This document shows positions 1 through 7,843 of a DNA stretch of 34,584 nt, piece after piece. Under the pieces are notes generated by a model, which had not been told where the DNA came from, did no database searches, and worked only from the letters and a program-made list of their open reading frames with translations. This stretch comes from a bacterium. Lineage in GTDB: Bacteria > Armatimonadota > Fimbriimonadia > Fimbriimonadales > JBAXQP01. Both the position numbers and the translations under genes were made by a program. The stretch's first letter is position 1; the number at the start of each line of letters is the position of its first letter. The DNA lies in assembly GCA_037131655.1 (NCBI GenBank), contig JBAXQP010000001.1, positions 1-34,584 of the forward strand. Reading direction: 5' to 3'.

Positions 1-1135
1 GCCATAGTTTGAGTTCCGCTGTGGCTTCAGGGGTAATACTTTCATCTAAGAAGACCGCCACAGAGAGCTGATCAACTTTGCCGAGAGCAGATTTTGTTTC
101 GCGGATGATGTGCCCCGTAGCACGGCTGCTTGTCTTTGCAGTTCGCACATATCCGCCGCCTTCAGTAGTTGAACTAGTTGTGGTTATTCCGCCAACTGAG
201 GCAGGGGGGATTGCGCCAATCACACCCGCCGGTGTTGCGCCACCCTTTTGCATCGTTTCTTGCTCTTCTGCTTCGGAGGTTTTCGGACCAGCGATCCCTT
301 CTTCTCGATGCTCGCTCATCTGATCGAAGTTTAATTCAGCTCGTACCCAAACAGTGGACTTGCCTGCACCAAAAACGGTATCGAGGTGCTGGCGGATTTG
401 GGATTGTAATTCTGCAGCATAGTTCACTTCAGCATCATGCTTGGTGCTGGCTATTCCCATTCCGCCTTCTTTGGCCTGACTGCCATCCCAAAGCGGTCTA
501 CCATCGCCGTCAACGACTGCAACGGTGGATTCACTTATTCCAGGAACACTTCGGCAGACGATGAAGACAAGTCCTTGAACTTGCTCACCTGTAAGCTGCT
601 GGCCGGTTTTTGTGTGTACAACGACCATTGCGCTTGCTTGTTTTTCATTATCAGCAAAAGGCGAGTCAGATCCCTGATTAATAATCACACGAGCAGAATC
701 AACCGGCCCCAAATGTTGGATCGTTTTCTGCAATTCCTCTTCGAGCATTACACGGATTTCTTGTTTCTGCATGTCCTGTGTCTGCCCGAAGGGCATCTTC
801 TCCATGCGGTAATAGCCCAAAGCGGATTGAGAAGGGAGGTTATCTTTAGCTAGGGTGATGCGCATATCATCCCGGTTCTTGCTCGGCACTTCAATCGTAG
901 TGCTATCGTTACTTAGGCGATAGGGCACCTTTTGGGTCTTTAAGCGATCGACAATGGCTCCTGCGTCTGAAGGGGCTAGACCGCTATAAAGCACTGCCCA
1001 GTCAGGCGTGCTTGCCCAAAAGCCGACCGATACCAATAGAACTAAAAGGCCAACGCCTCCGACTAGCGCTATCATGCGGCTAGTCGGGTTCATTGTCTGC
1101 CACCAAGCTTGTATCCTGGCGGTGAGTCCGTTCAT
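1..1135 (-). CDS. fliF: Flagellar M-ring protein FliF, N-terminal ~378 codons (3' end lies beyond the left window edge)
   Basis: Absent from the ORF track because it is open at the window edge. Manual minus-strand translation from ATG 1135-1133 gives MNGLTARIQAWWQTMNPTSRMIALVGGVGLLVLLVSVGFWASTPDWAVLYSGLAPSDAGAIVDRLK. The last 20 codons, translated by hand, read VAVFLDESITPEATAELKLW (ending at position 2); the interior was only skimmed but no stop was seen. It has an N-terminal TM helix and sits in the canonical position after flgB-flgC-fliE. Confidence 0.8.
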   Translation of the reverse strand, partial: MNGLTARIQAWWQTMNPTSRMIALVGGVGLLVLLVSVGFWASTPDWAVLYSGLAPSDAGAIVDRLKTQKVPYRLSNDSTTIEVPSKNRDDMRITLAKDNLPSQSALGYYRMEKMPFGQTQDMQKQEIRVMLEEELQKTIQHLGPVDSARVIINQGSDSPFADNEKQASAMVVVHTKTGQQLTGEQVQGLVFIVCRSVPGISESTVAVVDGDGRPLWDGSQAKEGGMGIASTKHDAEVNYAAELQSQIRQHLDTVFGAGKSTVWVRAELNFDQMSEHREEGIAGPKTSEAEEQETMQKGGATPAGVIGAIPPASVGGITTTSSTTEGGGYVRTAKTSSRATGHIIRETKSALGKVDQLSVAVFLDESITPEATAELKLW

Positions 1136-1187
1136 AAATTAAGCTCCCGTCTCTAACGTTTCAAAAATAAGTTGAGATTAAATCTCA

Positions 1188-1544
1188 CTAAACCTGCATG
1201 CGGCTAATTTCTTGGTAAGCCTCAATAATCTTATTGCGGACCTGCACGGTGAGTTGTAAAGCGGTGTTTGCGCGTTCCATCGCAAGCATCACCTGGTGAA
1301 GCTCAACCGGTTTGCCTTTGGCAAAATCGGTAACCATCGCAGCGCTCTTTTGCTGTGCTCCATTAATCTGTTCAAGCACATTGCTGAGCATCTGGCCGAA
1401 ATCTTGATTTCCTTCAACCTTATTAGTCTCAGCCCCGAGTCTGGTTATCGATTCAATCCCCCCCGGGCTTGACGGTGAGGTTAATCGCTGAATCGATGAT
1501 CCAGCAGTCGGGCCTGTCAGTCCTGTAATCGATTCAATTCTCAT
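1188..1544 (-). CDS. fliE: Flagellar hook-basal body complex protein FliE
   Basis: 118-aa ORF. The C-terminus LQLTVQVRNKIIEAYQEISRMQV matches the conserved FliE tail. It lies between flgC and fliF. Confidence 0.85.
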   Translation of the reverse strand: MRIESITGLTGPTAGSSIQRLTSPSSPGGIESITRLGAETNKVEGNQDFGQMLSNVLEQINGAQQKSAAMVTDFAKGKPVELHQVMLAMERANTALQLTVQVRNKIIEAYQEISRMQV

Positions 1545-1567
1545 AGCATTCCTCCGAGTCTAGTTTC

Positions 1568-1963
1568 CTAGACTTTCCCAATCTCCAACGCTTTTAGTAC
1601 CATAGTCTTGGCGGCGTTGAAGGCAGTGACATTGGCTTCATAGGCTCGGCTTGCCGCAATTAAGTCGACCATTTCCGTTACCGGATTGACGTTTGGCATA
1701 CTAACGATGCCGGTCTTTTTGTCGGCAAGCGGACTGCTGGGGTTGTATTCTTCACGAAACGCCGAGCTGTCTTGAACCACCCCGCCTACTCGAACTCCCC
1801 CCTGACCAGTCTGTTGAAATACAACAGACTGGCGACGATAAGGCGTCCCAGCAGGAGTGATAACAGTGTTGATATTCGCCAGGTTAGTGGCGATGGTGTC
1901 CATTCGAAAGCGCTCAGCCGAAAGGCCGGACGCGCTAATTCCTAACGATGAGACTAAACCCAT
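1568..1963 (-). CDS. flgC: Flagellar basal-body rod protein FlgC
   Basis: 131 aa. N-terminal rod motif SGLSAERFRMDTIATNLANINT and C-terminal EMVDLIAASRAYEANV are typical of FlgC. Confidence 0.9.
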   Translation of the reverse strand: MGLVSSLGISASGLSAERFRMDTIATNLANINTVITPAGTPYRRQSVVFQQTGQGGVRVGGVVQDSSAFREEYNPSSPLADKKTGIVSMPNVNPVTEMVDLIAASRAYEANVTAFNAAKTMVLKALEIGKV

Positions 1964-1991
1964 GTTGCTACCTCCTTATGGCCAGAACTAC

Positions 1992-2375
1992 CTATCGGCT
2001 TTGCCCCGTGATGACAGTCAGCAATTTCTTGAACTCTCTACTGGAGAATTCGCCAAGTGCGGAATATCGCAATTCGGTATCAGCCAAGTTGGCCATCTGC
2101 GTTTCGACATCGACATCGTTACCATCTGCACGAGCCGGACCGCCCGATGGGAACATCATCCCCAGGCGTCCTGTATGGGGCAATTCAGGCAAGTCGCCTG
2201 ACTTAACCGCCTCGCCCATGGCTGTGTCGAGGGTGTCGACGAATGAAACATCAGAAGCCTTAAAGCCTGGCGTATTGGCATTTGCCAGATTGTTGGCAAC
2301 GACGCGTTGACGTTTGGATGCTCCGTCTAACGCCTGTTCCAGCCGTATAGACGGCATAAAAAGCCGCTGTAGCAT
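1992..2375 (-). CDS. flgB: Flagellar basal-body rod protein FlgB
   Basis: 127 aa. Rod motif VVANNLANANTPGFK is present. It is the first gene of the flgB-flgC-fliE-fliF order, with a GAGGAA Shine-Dalgarno just upstream of the ATG at 2375. Confidence 0.9.
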   Translation of the reverse strand: MLQRLFMPSIRLEQALDGASKRQRVVANNLANANTPGFKASDVSFVDTLDTAMGEAVKSGDLPELPHTGRLGMMFPSGGPARADGNDVDVETQMANLADTELRYSALGEFSSREFKKLLTVITGQSR

Positions 2376-2573
2376 AAGCTATTCCTCGTACTTTCAAAGT
2401 CACCATCCATGATAATGGGGCCTGTGAGGCCACCTAAAAAAGCTCGCCATCCTGGCAGGCTTGAACGTAAACCTAATGTAATTTCTCAAAGCTGGTTTGC
2501 TAACCTACGTGTAGATTATTGGAAGTCTTGGCAGGCAAATTTAGGGGTAAAAGCGGAATGCGTTGATTATTCT

Positions 2574-3518
2574 TCAATAACTTTTGAATTCGATTACCTC
2601 AACAGTAAAGTCTGGGGTAGGGATTCCTAAGCGGCCATTACATGCCAAACGCTCGATTGAAAGGTCTATGGCCGTTTTTGACTCGTCGCAGGCAAGCCAT
2701 CTTCTTGCGAGCCGTTGGGCGACGACTGGGGTAGTACCGGAGCCGCAGAAGAAATCGGCGATGGTGTCTCCCTCATCGGAGGAGGCTAGAAGAATCATCT
2801 CTAATAGAGCTTCCGGTTTTTGGGTAGGGTAGCCTACACGTTCTTTTGCCATCGGATTCATTTGCTGGAGGATAAGCACATCGTTGGGGTTCTTTTCGGT
2901 ATCAAGTTGAGAAATGCGGGCACCAAGAGGATTACGCGCTCGATGAAGTGATTTGGGGGTCCTTGGAGTCTTGATGCGTTCACCATAGAATTTCCAGTCT
3001 TTAGGGGAACGGGAATACCACAGAATAGTATCGTGCTTGCGGCTGAATCTTACTTTTGAGGCCCCACCGGTTTGATAGTGCCAAATTAGCTCATTTTGGA
3101 AGCAATTAGCCCCAAAAATCTTATCCATCTCCACCTTAATATAATGCACCGCATGCCAGTCCAGATGGACATAAATCGAGCCATTTGGCTTAAGCAATCG
3201 TTTCATCTCAGCCAATCGAATGCTAAGCCAAAGCACATAGTCCAGCATCCCGCCATCCCATATATCACTAAACGATCGTCCTACCTTGGCTTCAGAAAGA
3301 ATATTGAAATCGCGCCCGGTGAAAAAAGGCGGATCAATATAGATCAGATCAATGCATTCGCTGGGAAGTTGGTGCATTAATGCGAGATTATCCCCACAAA
3401 AAAGCCGATTAGCGCCGGCAGGGAAAAGGGGTTCCATTGCCGGGTACTGTTCGTTATAACCAAATTCATATCGTATAATTCGATCAGTCATACTCATATT
3501 AAGACAATCCGATATCAA
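2574..3518 (-). CDS. DNA methyltransferase, N4/N6 family, beta-class motif order (motif IV before motif I); no partner endonuclease
   Basis: 314 aa. Motif IV is IYIDPPFF near the N-terminus. It is followed by LKPNGSIYVHLDWHAVHYIKVEMDKIFG, then YPTQKPEALLEMIL, then motif I FFCGSGTT near the C-terminus. The TTG start at 3518 is preceded by GGAG with 7-nt spacing; an alternative ATG lies at 3497. Confidence 0.85.
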   Translation of the reverse strand: MISDCLNMSMTDRIIRYEFGYNEQYPAMEPLFPAGANRLFCGDNLALMHQLPSECIDLIYIDPPFFTGRDFNILSEAKVGRSFSDIWDGGMLDYVLWLSIRLAEMKRLLKPNGSIYVHLDWHAVHYIKVEMDKIFGANCFQNELIWHYQTGGASKVRFSRKHDTILWYSRSPKDWKFYGERIKTPRTPKSLHRARNPLGARISQLDTEKNPNDVLILQQMNPMAKERVGYPTQKPEALLEMILLASSDEGDTIADFFCGSGTTPVVAQRLARRWLACDESKTAIDLSIERLACNGRLGIPTPDFTVEVIEFKSY

Positions 3519-3602
3519 TAAGTTTACTCCTGTAGCCTAGGCGCAGGGAATAGCTGTGTGAGGTAATCTTGTAGTACGGCAGCAAAGAGGCTATAGTTAA
3601 AG

Positions 3603-4493
3603 TTGGACTTATCAATCAGCATCGTCAATTGGAATACGCGGGATGACCTGAGGCAGGCATTGACCGCTATTTATAACAGTGGCACGAAGGCGAGCTTTGA
3701 AGTAATCGTCGTGGATAACGCTTCGACAGATAGCAGCGTAGCGATGCTTGAAAGCGAGTTCCCTCAAGTCCGCGTGATTTCCAACGATGCCAATCGTGGT
3801 TTTGGCGCCGCCCATAATCAAGCTTTTAATCAGGGAACGGGCCGATATCGCATGCCGCTTAACCCCGATGCGTTGGTTCAACCGGGAGGATTTGATAAAC
3901 TCATAGCTTGTGCTGAAAGCGATCCTAAGATAGGGGTTATTGGCCCCAAACTGCTCTATCCTGATGGCTCTCTGCAATACTCTTGCCGTCGATTCCCAAG
4001 CATTGGCGCCGCACTCTTTCGGAATGCGCTTTTTGACAAGTTGTTCCCAAAAAATCGGTTTGCAAATGATTATCTGATGCGTGATTGGGACCACAACTCG
4101 CATCGCGAGGTTGGCTGGGTAAGTGGAGCGGCGATGCTGATTAGAGGGGAACTGCTCGATAAAGTCGGCGCGTTCGACGAGCAATTTTTCATGTATTGCG
4201 AAGATACCGACCTTTGCTTCCGCGCAAGGCAATCCGGCTACAGCGTGTATTATTGCCCTGAAGCTGTTGCGATTCACACAGTTGGCCGAAGCAGTGACGC
4301 CGTGCCTAACCGCATGACGCTTCAGCACCATAAAAGCATGTACCTTTACTTCAAAAAGCACACCGCCGAGCAAACCGCCTGGTATATTCGGCCACTCGTG
4401 CCCCTTGGGTTATGGATGCGAGCGTTTGCGACCATTGGACGCAATGTTTTGTATATGATTTGGCGGAGAATAAAGCGGGAGAAAGCTCGATGA
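3603..4493 (+). CDS. Glycosyltransferase family 2
   Basis: 296 aa. The N-terminus SISIVNWNTRDDL...EVIVVDNASTDSS is the GT2 signature and there is a DxD-like CEDTDLCFR. TTG at 3603 is the only start candidate after the in-frame stop at 3594-3596. The stop TGA overlaps the next gene's ATG (ATGA at 4490-4493). Confidence 0.85.
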   Translation: MDLSISIVNWNTRDDLRQALTAIYNSGTKASFEVIVVDNASTDSSVAMLESEFPQVRVISNDANRGFGAAHNQAFNQGTGRYRMPLNPDALVQPGGFDKLIACAESDPKIGVIGPKLLYPDGSLQYSCRRFPSIGAALFRNALFDKLFPKNRFANDYLMRDWDHNSHREVGWVSGAAMLIRGELLDKVGAFDEQFFMYCEDTDLCFRARQSGYSVYYCPEAVAIHTVGRSSDAVPNRMTLQHHKSMYLYFKKHTAEQTAWYIRPLVPLGLWMRAFATIGRNVLYMIWRRIKREKAR

Positions 4494-6724
4494 AGGCGCG
4501 TTTTAATTGGGTTTTGGTTTGCTTAGGAATTGCGATAGCCTCACTTATTGGGGGGCATTACTATCTTGGCATCCAACCTGTTGCTCCCGGCTTTGGGGTT
4601 TTGCAAGGCTTCTGGGAAGGTGACCTCCAACTGGCCGCCGAATGGTTGGTAACAGTTTTATTGGTAATAGCTTTCTGTTGGGTGATGGTTTCAAACGATG
4701 TTATTCGCCGACCAGCAGCGCCGATAGCCTTGCTTTCAGTGCTCTTCTGGTTTTGGATTGTAAGTAGCGCCACTGTTGCGAAGCAGCCCTATGCGGCATC
4801 TCTTGAAGCTGCAAGATGGGGAATTGCGCTTCTTACTTTATTCGTTGTAGTCGCTTTGGCTGGTCGAGGTGAATTTGCCCGCGCCCTTATGGTTACAATT
4901 GCTATTGTCGGCACTCTCTGTGCGTTAAAGGGCGTTTGGGATTTTGCCCTTTCGGCTTATGGCGATCCGGGCTATCGGGCATTCGGCCCTTTCTTCAACC
5001 CTGATTACTTCGCAGGCTTTCTGGTAATGAGCCTTATGGTAACACTTGGGCTTCTTGCCGGAGCATTGGGTGTTGGCCGAACACTCTTTGGAACGATGGC
5101 GACCGCACAACTTTTCGCGTTGCTTTTAACCGGCTCTCGATTCGGTCTTGCTTCCTTTATATTGGCCTTCATTATGTTCCTTTTCACCCTCCGTTGGTTC
5201 GGCCTCTCAATTAAGCCAATCTTAGCGCGCTCGGCAGCAATTATCGCTATTGTAATATTGCTGGTAGTGCTGTTTACTGCCCAATTTCACGCTTTTCCTG
5301 GTTCAAGGCTAGCGAAAGGAGCAACCACCGAAAGTCATTCCGGAAAATTTAGACTTATGACTTGGAAAGGGACGGCGCGTATGATTGCCGCTCAACCGAT
5401 CCTCGGTCACGGCATCGGCTCATTTCAGTATGCCTACCCAAAATATGCCTTCACTGGCTACACCATGCTAGCCCATAGCAGCTATATGCAATTGAGCGCG
5501 GAAACCGGCATTATGGGACTTTTGCTCTTTCTGGGATTGATAATAGCCTGGTACGTGTTTGTATTGCAGCGTGAGAAGACCCCTCTGAACACAGCTTCTG
5601 TCACGAGCATAGCGATGCTTATTGACGACCCGCGAATCTACAGGGCAGCTGTTATTGCTGCTATCACAGGCGCATGTGCGCGTAATCTTGTAGATTCAGA
5701 CCTCTCAATATTTGCCAACCTTATCACTTTTTGGGCATTAATCGGACTTGGTTTGAGCCTATCGGTCGATGCGATTGCAGCCAGCTTTTTGCCAAGGGGC
5801 GTGCGTTGGTTGGCAGCTTCTATCTTGGGGTTATCAGTCATTACTTTCTACTCAACCGTTGGAATTGCCTCAATTTACGCAGGGCAAGCTGATTGGGCTT
5901 ATCAACAAGCTTTTAAAGGTGAAAATGCTCAAGCGCTGCTTGAAGATGCGCGCAGCAATATAGAGCGGGCGATTGTTTTAGATAGCCACAACTCGGAATA
6001 TGAAATGGAATTGGGAGATGTGCTTCTTATGCAATCTTCGAATATCCAAGAAGCGCAGCGAGTATCAGTCCCTCATTACCAGCAGGCAATCAGGCTTCAA
6101 CCAAGCCCAAAGACCTATACGCGCTATGCCTCGCTTCTGGAATATCTCGCAAACAATACCACTTCTCCTGATGTCCGAACTCAAAATTTAGAAATCGCTA
6201 TTGAATCTCTCAAGAAATCGCTTGAATTCAGTCCAAATGATGTGGGGAACAAACTTCGACTTGCCCATATCTACGAGCGGTCGGGTTCTCCAGTTTTGGC
6301 CTATGTTGCGTATCAAGAGATGGTTAAACTAGAAGCCAGTCCCGCCAATCAAATACAAGCCACTCCTGAGTTTGTTGAAGAGCGTTTTGGGGAAGCCTAT
6401 CTCAAGCTGGCTCAAAAAGCGATTAGTCAAAACGACTACAAGACAGCAATCCCGTTGTTGGAATCGGCAGTCCGCATCTATGAAAAGTACTGCATCATCA
6501 CTCGCCCTTTGCTGAAACGCTTTTTCGAAGCTGGGCGCCCAAGTATCGCCGGCTACACGTTAAGCCGTGATAGTGAGGCGATGGAAAACTATCAAAAATC
6601 TCTTGAAGCATTGAAGTCAGCCTACATCACCCAAAATCAACCGGAAAAAGCGCGACAAACAGATGAACTTTTGGAGAAGAATAAAGCAGATCATGCTCTC
6701 CTAAAAGCCCCCTCAACCCAGTAA
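4490..6724 (+). CDS. O-antigen ligase family (Wzy_C-type) polytopic membrane protein fused to a C-terminal TPR-like repeat domain
   Basis: The ORF track starts at 4412. The ATG at 4490 (MKARFNWVLVCLGIAIAS) is in frame and overlaps the GT2 stop. There are about 10 or more hydrophobic segments. The Wzy_C-like block is RLMTWKGTARMIAAQPILGHGIGSFQYAYPKY...AHSSYMQLSAETGIMGLLLF. The soluble C-terminal ~270 aa shows helical-repeat character (AYQQAFKG...HYQQAIRLQP...). Confidence 0.75.
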   Translation: MKARFNWVLVCLGIAIASLIGGHYYLGIQPVAPGFGVLQGFWEGDLQLAAEWLVTVLLVIAFCWVMVSNDVIRRPAAPIALLSVLFWFWIVSSATVAKQPYAASLEAARWGIALLTLFVVVALAGRGEFARALMVTIAIVGTLCALKGVWDFALSAYGDPGYRAFGPFFNPDYFAGFLVMSLMVTLGLLAGALGVGRTLFGTMATAQLFALLLTGSRFGLASFILAFIMFLFTLRWFGLSIKPILARSAAIIAIVILLVVLFTAQFHAFPGSRLAKGATTESHSGKFRLMTWKGTARMIAAQPILGHGIGSFQYAYPKYAFTGYTMLAHSSYMQLSAETGIMGLLLFLGLIIAWYVFVLQREKTPLNTASVTSIAMLIDDPRIYRAAVIAAITGACARNLVDSDLSIFANLITFWALIGLGLSLSVDAIAASFLPRGVRWLAASILGLSVITFYSTVGIASIYAGQADWAYQQAFKGENAQALLEDARSNIERAIVLDSHNSEYEMELGDVLLMQSSNIQEAQRVSVPHYQQAIRLQPSPKTYTRYASLLEYLANNTTSPDVRTQNLEIAIESLKKSLEFSPNDVGNKLRLAHIYERSGSPVLAYVAYQEMVKLEASPANQIQATPEFVEERFGEAYLKLAQKAISQNDYKTAIPLLESAVRIYEKYCIITRPLLKRFFEAGRPSIAGYTLSRDSEAMENYQKSLEALKSAYITQNQPEKARQTDELLEKNKADHALLKAPSTQ

Positions 6725-6770
6725 GATATCCTTCAACCGCACTAATCTACTCTCAGAAGAAGCCCTAATA

Positions 6771-6804
6771 TAAAAAAAACGGGTCAGTAATTTACCGACC
6801 CGTT
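6771..6804 (-). terminator. Rho-independent terminator oriented for the minus strand
   Basis: The minus strand reads AACGGGTC-ggtaaattact-GACCCGTT followed by seven more T. This is an 8-bp stem (6778-6785 / 6797-6804) with the plus-strand A-run at 6772-6779. On the plus strand the hairpin is followed only by TTGAAGAAGG. Confidence 0.7.
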
Positions 6805-7017
6805 GAAGAAGGAGACTTCTAACTATTTTATGAGTGCTATAAAATTCGCATGATCCTGATAGTATCTCAAAACCGATAACCACCAATCTCCTGCTTGTTC
6901 TATATATATAATATGACGACTCAACCAGAAAAAGTTCCATGAATTTGCATTATTCATAGAATTATCCTATTTATTCCAATCTTCATCTGCCAAATCAGTG
7001 GACAACGGAACAGGAGC

Positions 7018-7046
7018 TTGACGGGTAGTGAGCCTGCAGGTATAAT
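7018..7046 (+). promoter_or_regulatory. Sigma70-type promoter for tRNA-Gln
   Basis: TTGACG (7018-7023), a 17-nt spacer, then TATAAT (7041-7046). The tRNA starts 12 nt downstream. Confidence 0.7.
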
Positions 7047-7057
7047 TCTACTCGCGC

Positions 7058-7128
7058 TGCCGGGTCGTTCAATGGTAGGACAACGGTTTTTGGAGCCGTC
7101 TATCGTGGTTCGAATCCACGCCTGGCAG
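7058..7128 (+). tRNA. tRNA-Gln (anticodon UUG)
   Basis: Hand-folded 71-nt cloverleaf. Acceptor TGCCGGG/CCTGGCA (U1-A72, one G-U pair). D arm GTTC-AATGGTA-GGAC. Anticodon arm ACGGT-TTTTGGA-GCCGT. Variable loop CTAT. T arm CGTGG-TTCGAAT-CCACG. Discriminator G. CCA is not encoded. Position 37 is G, which is a little unusual for Gln. Confidence 0.8.
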
Positions 7129-7192
7129 TCCTCATCACCTTCTAAAACGGCACTTATTAATCCCTAATTCGGGCGTAGGCAAGGAGAATTCA

Positions 7193-7738
7193 ATGGAAAA
7201 TACGCAAAAAACTATCTTCCTTGACCGAGACGGGGTCATTAATGAAGACCGCATCGAATATGTGACTAACCTAAGCGAACTAACGATTTTCCCCTTTGTC
7301 CCCGAAGCGATTGCTCGTCTCAATCGTGCCGGTTATCGAGTGATTGTCATTTCCAACCAGCAAGGCATCGCCAAAAAAGTTGTAACGGAAGATGATTTGA
7401 AAGCGATTTCCGAGAATATACAGAAGACAGTCCAAAAATCAGGCGGAGAAATTGCACATTTCTATTACTGCAAACACCTGAAAGAGGATATGTGCAACTG
7501 CCGGAAGCCAAAAGCTGGACTTATCCTTCAGGCTGCCCTTGATTTTGGGATAAAATTAGAGGGTTGCTACCTCATCGGCGATACCGAAAAAGACCTCATT
7601 GCCGCCCGATCTGCAGGCTGTACCCCCATTCTTGTACTCAGCGGGCACACTCAGCCCGATATGATCCCCAAGTTATCCACACAACCGGCCTATGTCGCTG
7701 CTAATTTGGCGGAAGCTGTTGATTGGGTTCTTCAATAA
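7193..7738 (+). CDS. gmhB: D-glycero-D-manno-heptose 1,7-bisphosphate phosphatase (HAD-IIIA)
   Basis: 181 aa. HAD motif I is FLDRDGVIN. The Zn-binding pattern is CKHLKEDMCNCRKPKAG, followed by GDTEKD. An AAGGAG Shine-Dalgarno lies upstream of the ATG. Confidence 0.8.
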   Translation: MENTQKTIFLDRDGVINEDRIEYVTNLSELTIFPFVPEAIARLNRAGYRVIVISNQQGIAKKVVTEDDLKAISENIQKTVQKSGGEIAHFYYCKHLKEDMCNCRKPKAGLILQAALDFGIKLEGCYLIGDTEKDLIAARSAGCTPILVLSGHTQPDMIPKLSTQPAYVAANLAEAVDWVLQ

Positions 7739-7781
7739 AAGTAGATTTGTATATTTATTACTGCTTAAACTTCAATAAGAC

Positions 7782-7810
7782 TTGCGGCTAGTTATCTGGT
7801 ATGCTAAAAT
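7782..7810 (+). promoter_or_regulatory. Candidate sigma70 promoter upstream of phoU
   Basis: TTGCGG (7782-7787), a 17-nt spacer, then TAAAAT (7805-7810), 34 nt upstream of the phoU ATG. Confidence 0.4.
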
Positions 7811-7843
7811 ATAAATGTTTTCATTTTAATTGGATGAAGTGAC

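Noticed and set aside
2435-2462. Hairpin plus T-run on the minus strand after the methyltransferase
   Set aside because: The 9-bp stem contains one mismatch and one G-U pair, and half the T-run is inside the stem. It is too weak to call a terminator, so it is only mentioned in a finding.
2453-2533. TGGCA motifs at 2453-2457 and 2529-2533, considered as sigma54 -24 elements for the flagellar operon
   Set aside because: Both are on the plus strand and point away from flgB. Neither has a GC element at the required 12-nt offset from the GG.
2409-2630. 73-aa plus-strand ORF in the flgB-methyltransferase spacer
   Set aside because: It has no Shine-Dalgarno and runs into the 3' end of the methyltransferase on the opposite strand. 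Its composition is not protein-like.
2574-3518. Complete restriction-modification systems around either methyltransferase (also 28042-28914)
   Set aside because: All neighbouring ORFs have other clear identities (flgB, GT2, GT4, envelope protein). No PD-(D/E)xK, HNH or helicase-like ORF is adjacent.
3612-4373. 253-aa minus-strand ORF antisense to the GT2 gene
   Set aside because: It lies entirely within a gene that has clear GT2 motifs. Its translation is Arg/Ala/Ile-rich with no motifs. It is a typical shadow ORF.
6713-6940. 75-aa minus-strand ORF in the spacer before tRNA-Gln
   Set aside because: It reads through the strong terminator hairpin and T-run at 6771-6804. It overlaps the 3' end of the upstream gene and has no convincing RBS. 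It is treated as a possible non-coding transcript instead.
7058-7128. tRNA-Gln as a genomic-island integration site
   Set aside because: I saw no integrase and no direct repeat of the tRNA 3' end. The downstream genes (gmhB, phoU, yggS, sepF) are core housekeeping genes.
7765-7781. Pho-box-like hexamers TTAAAC and TAAGAC 11 nt apart, just upstream of the phoU -35
   Set aside because: Only the first unit resembles the TTAACA consensus. Two degenerate units are not enough to call a site, although Pho control of phoU would be plausible.
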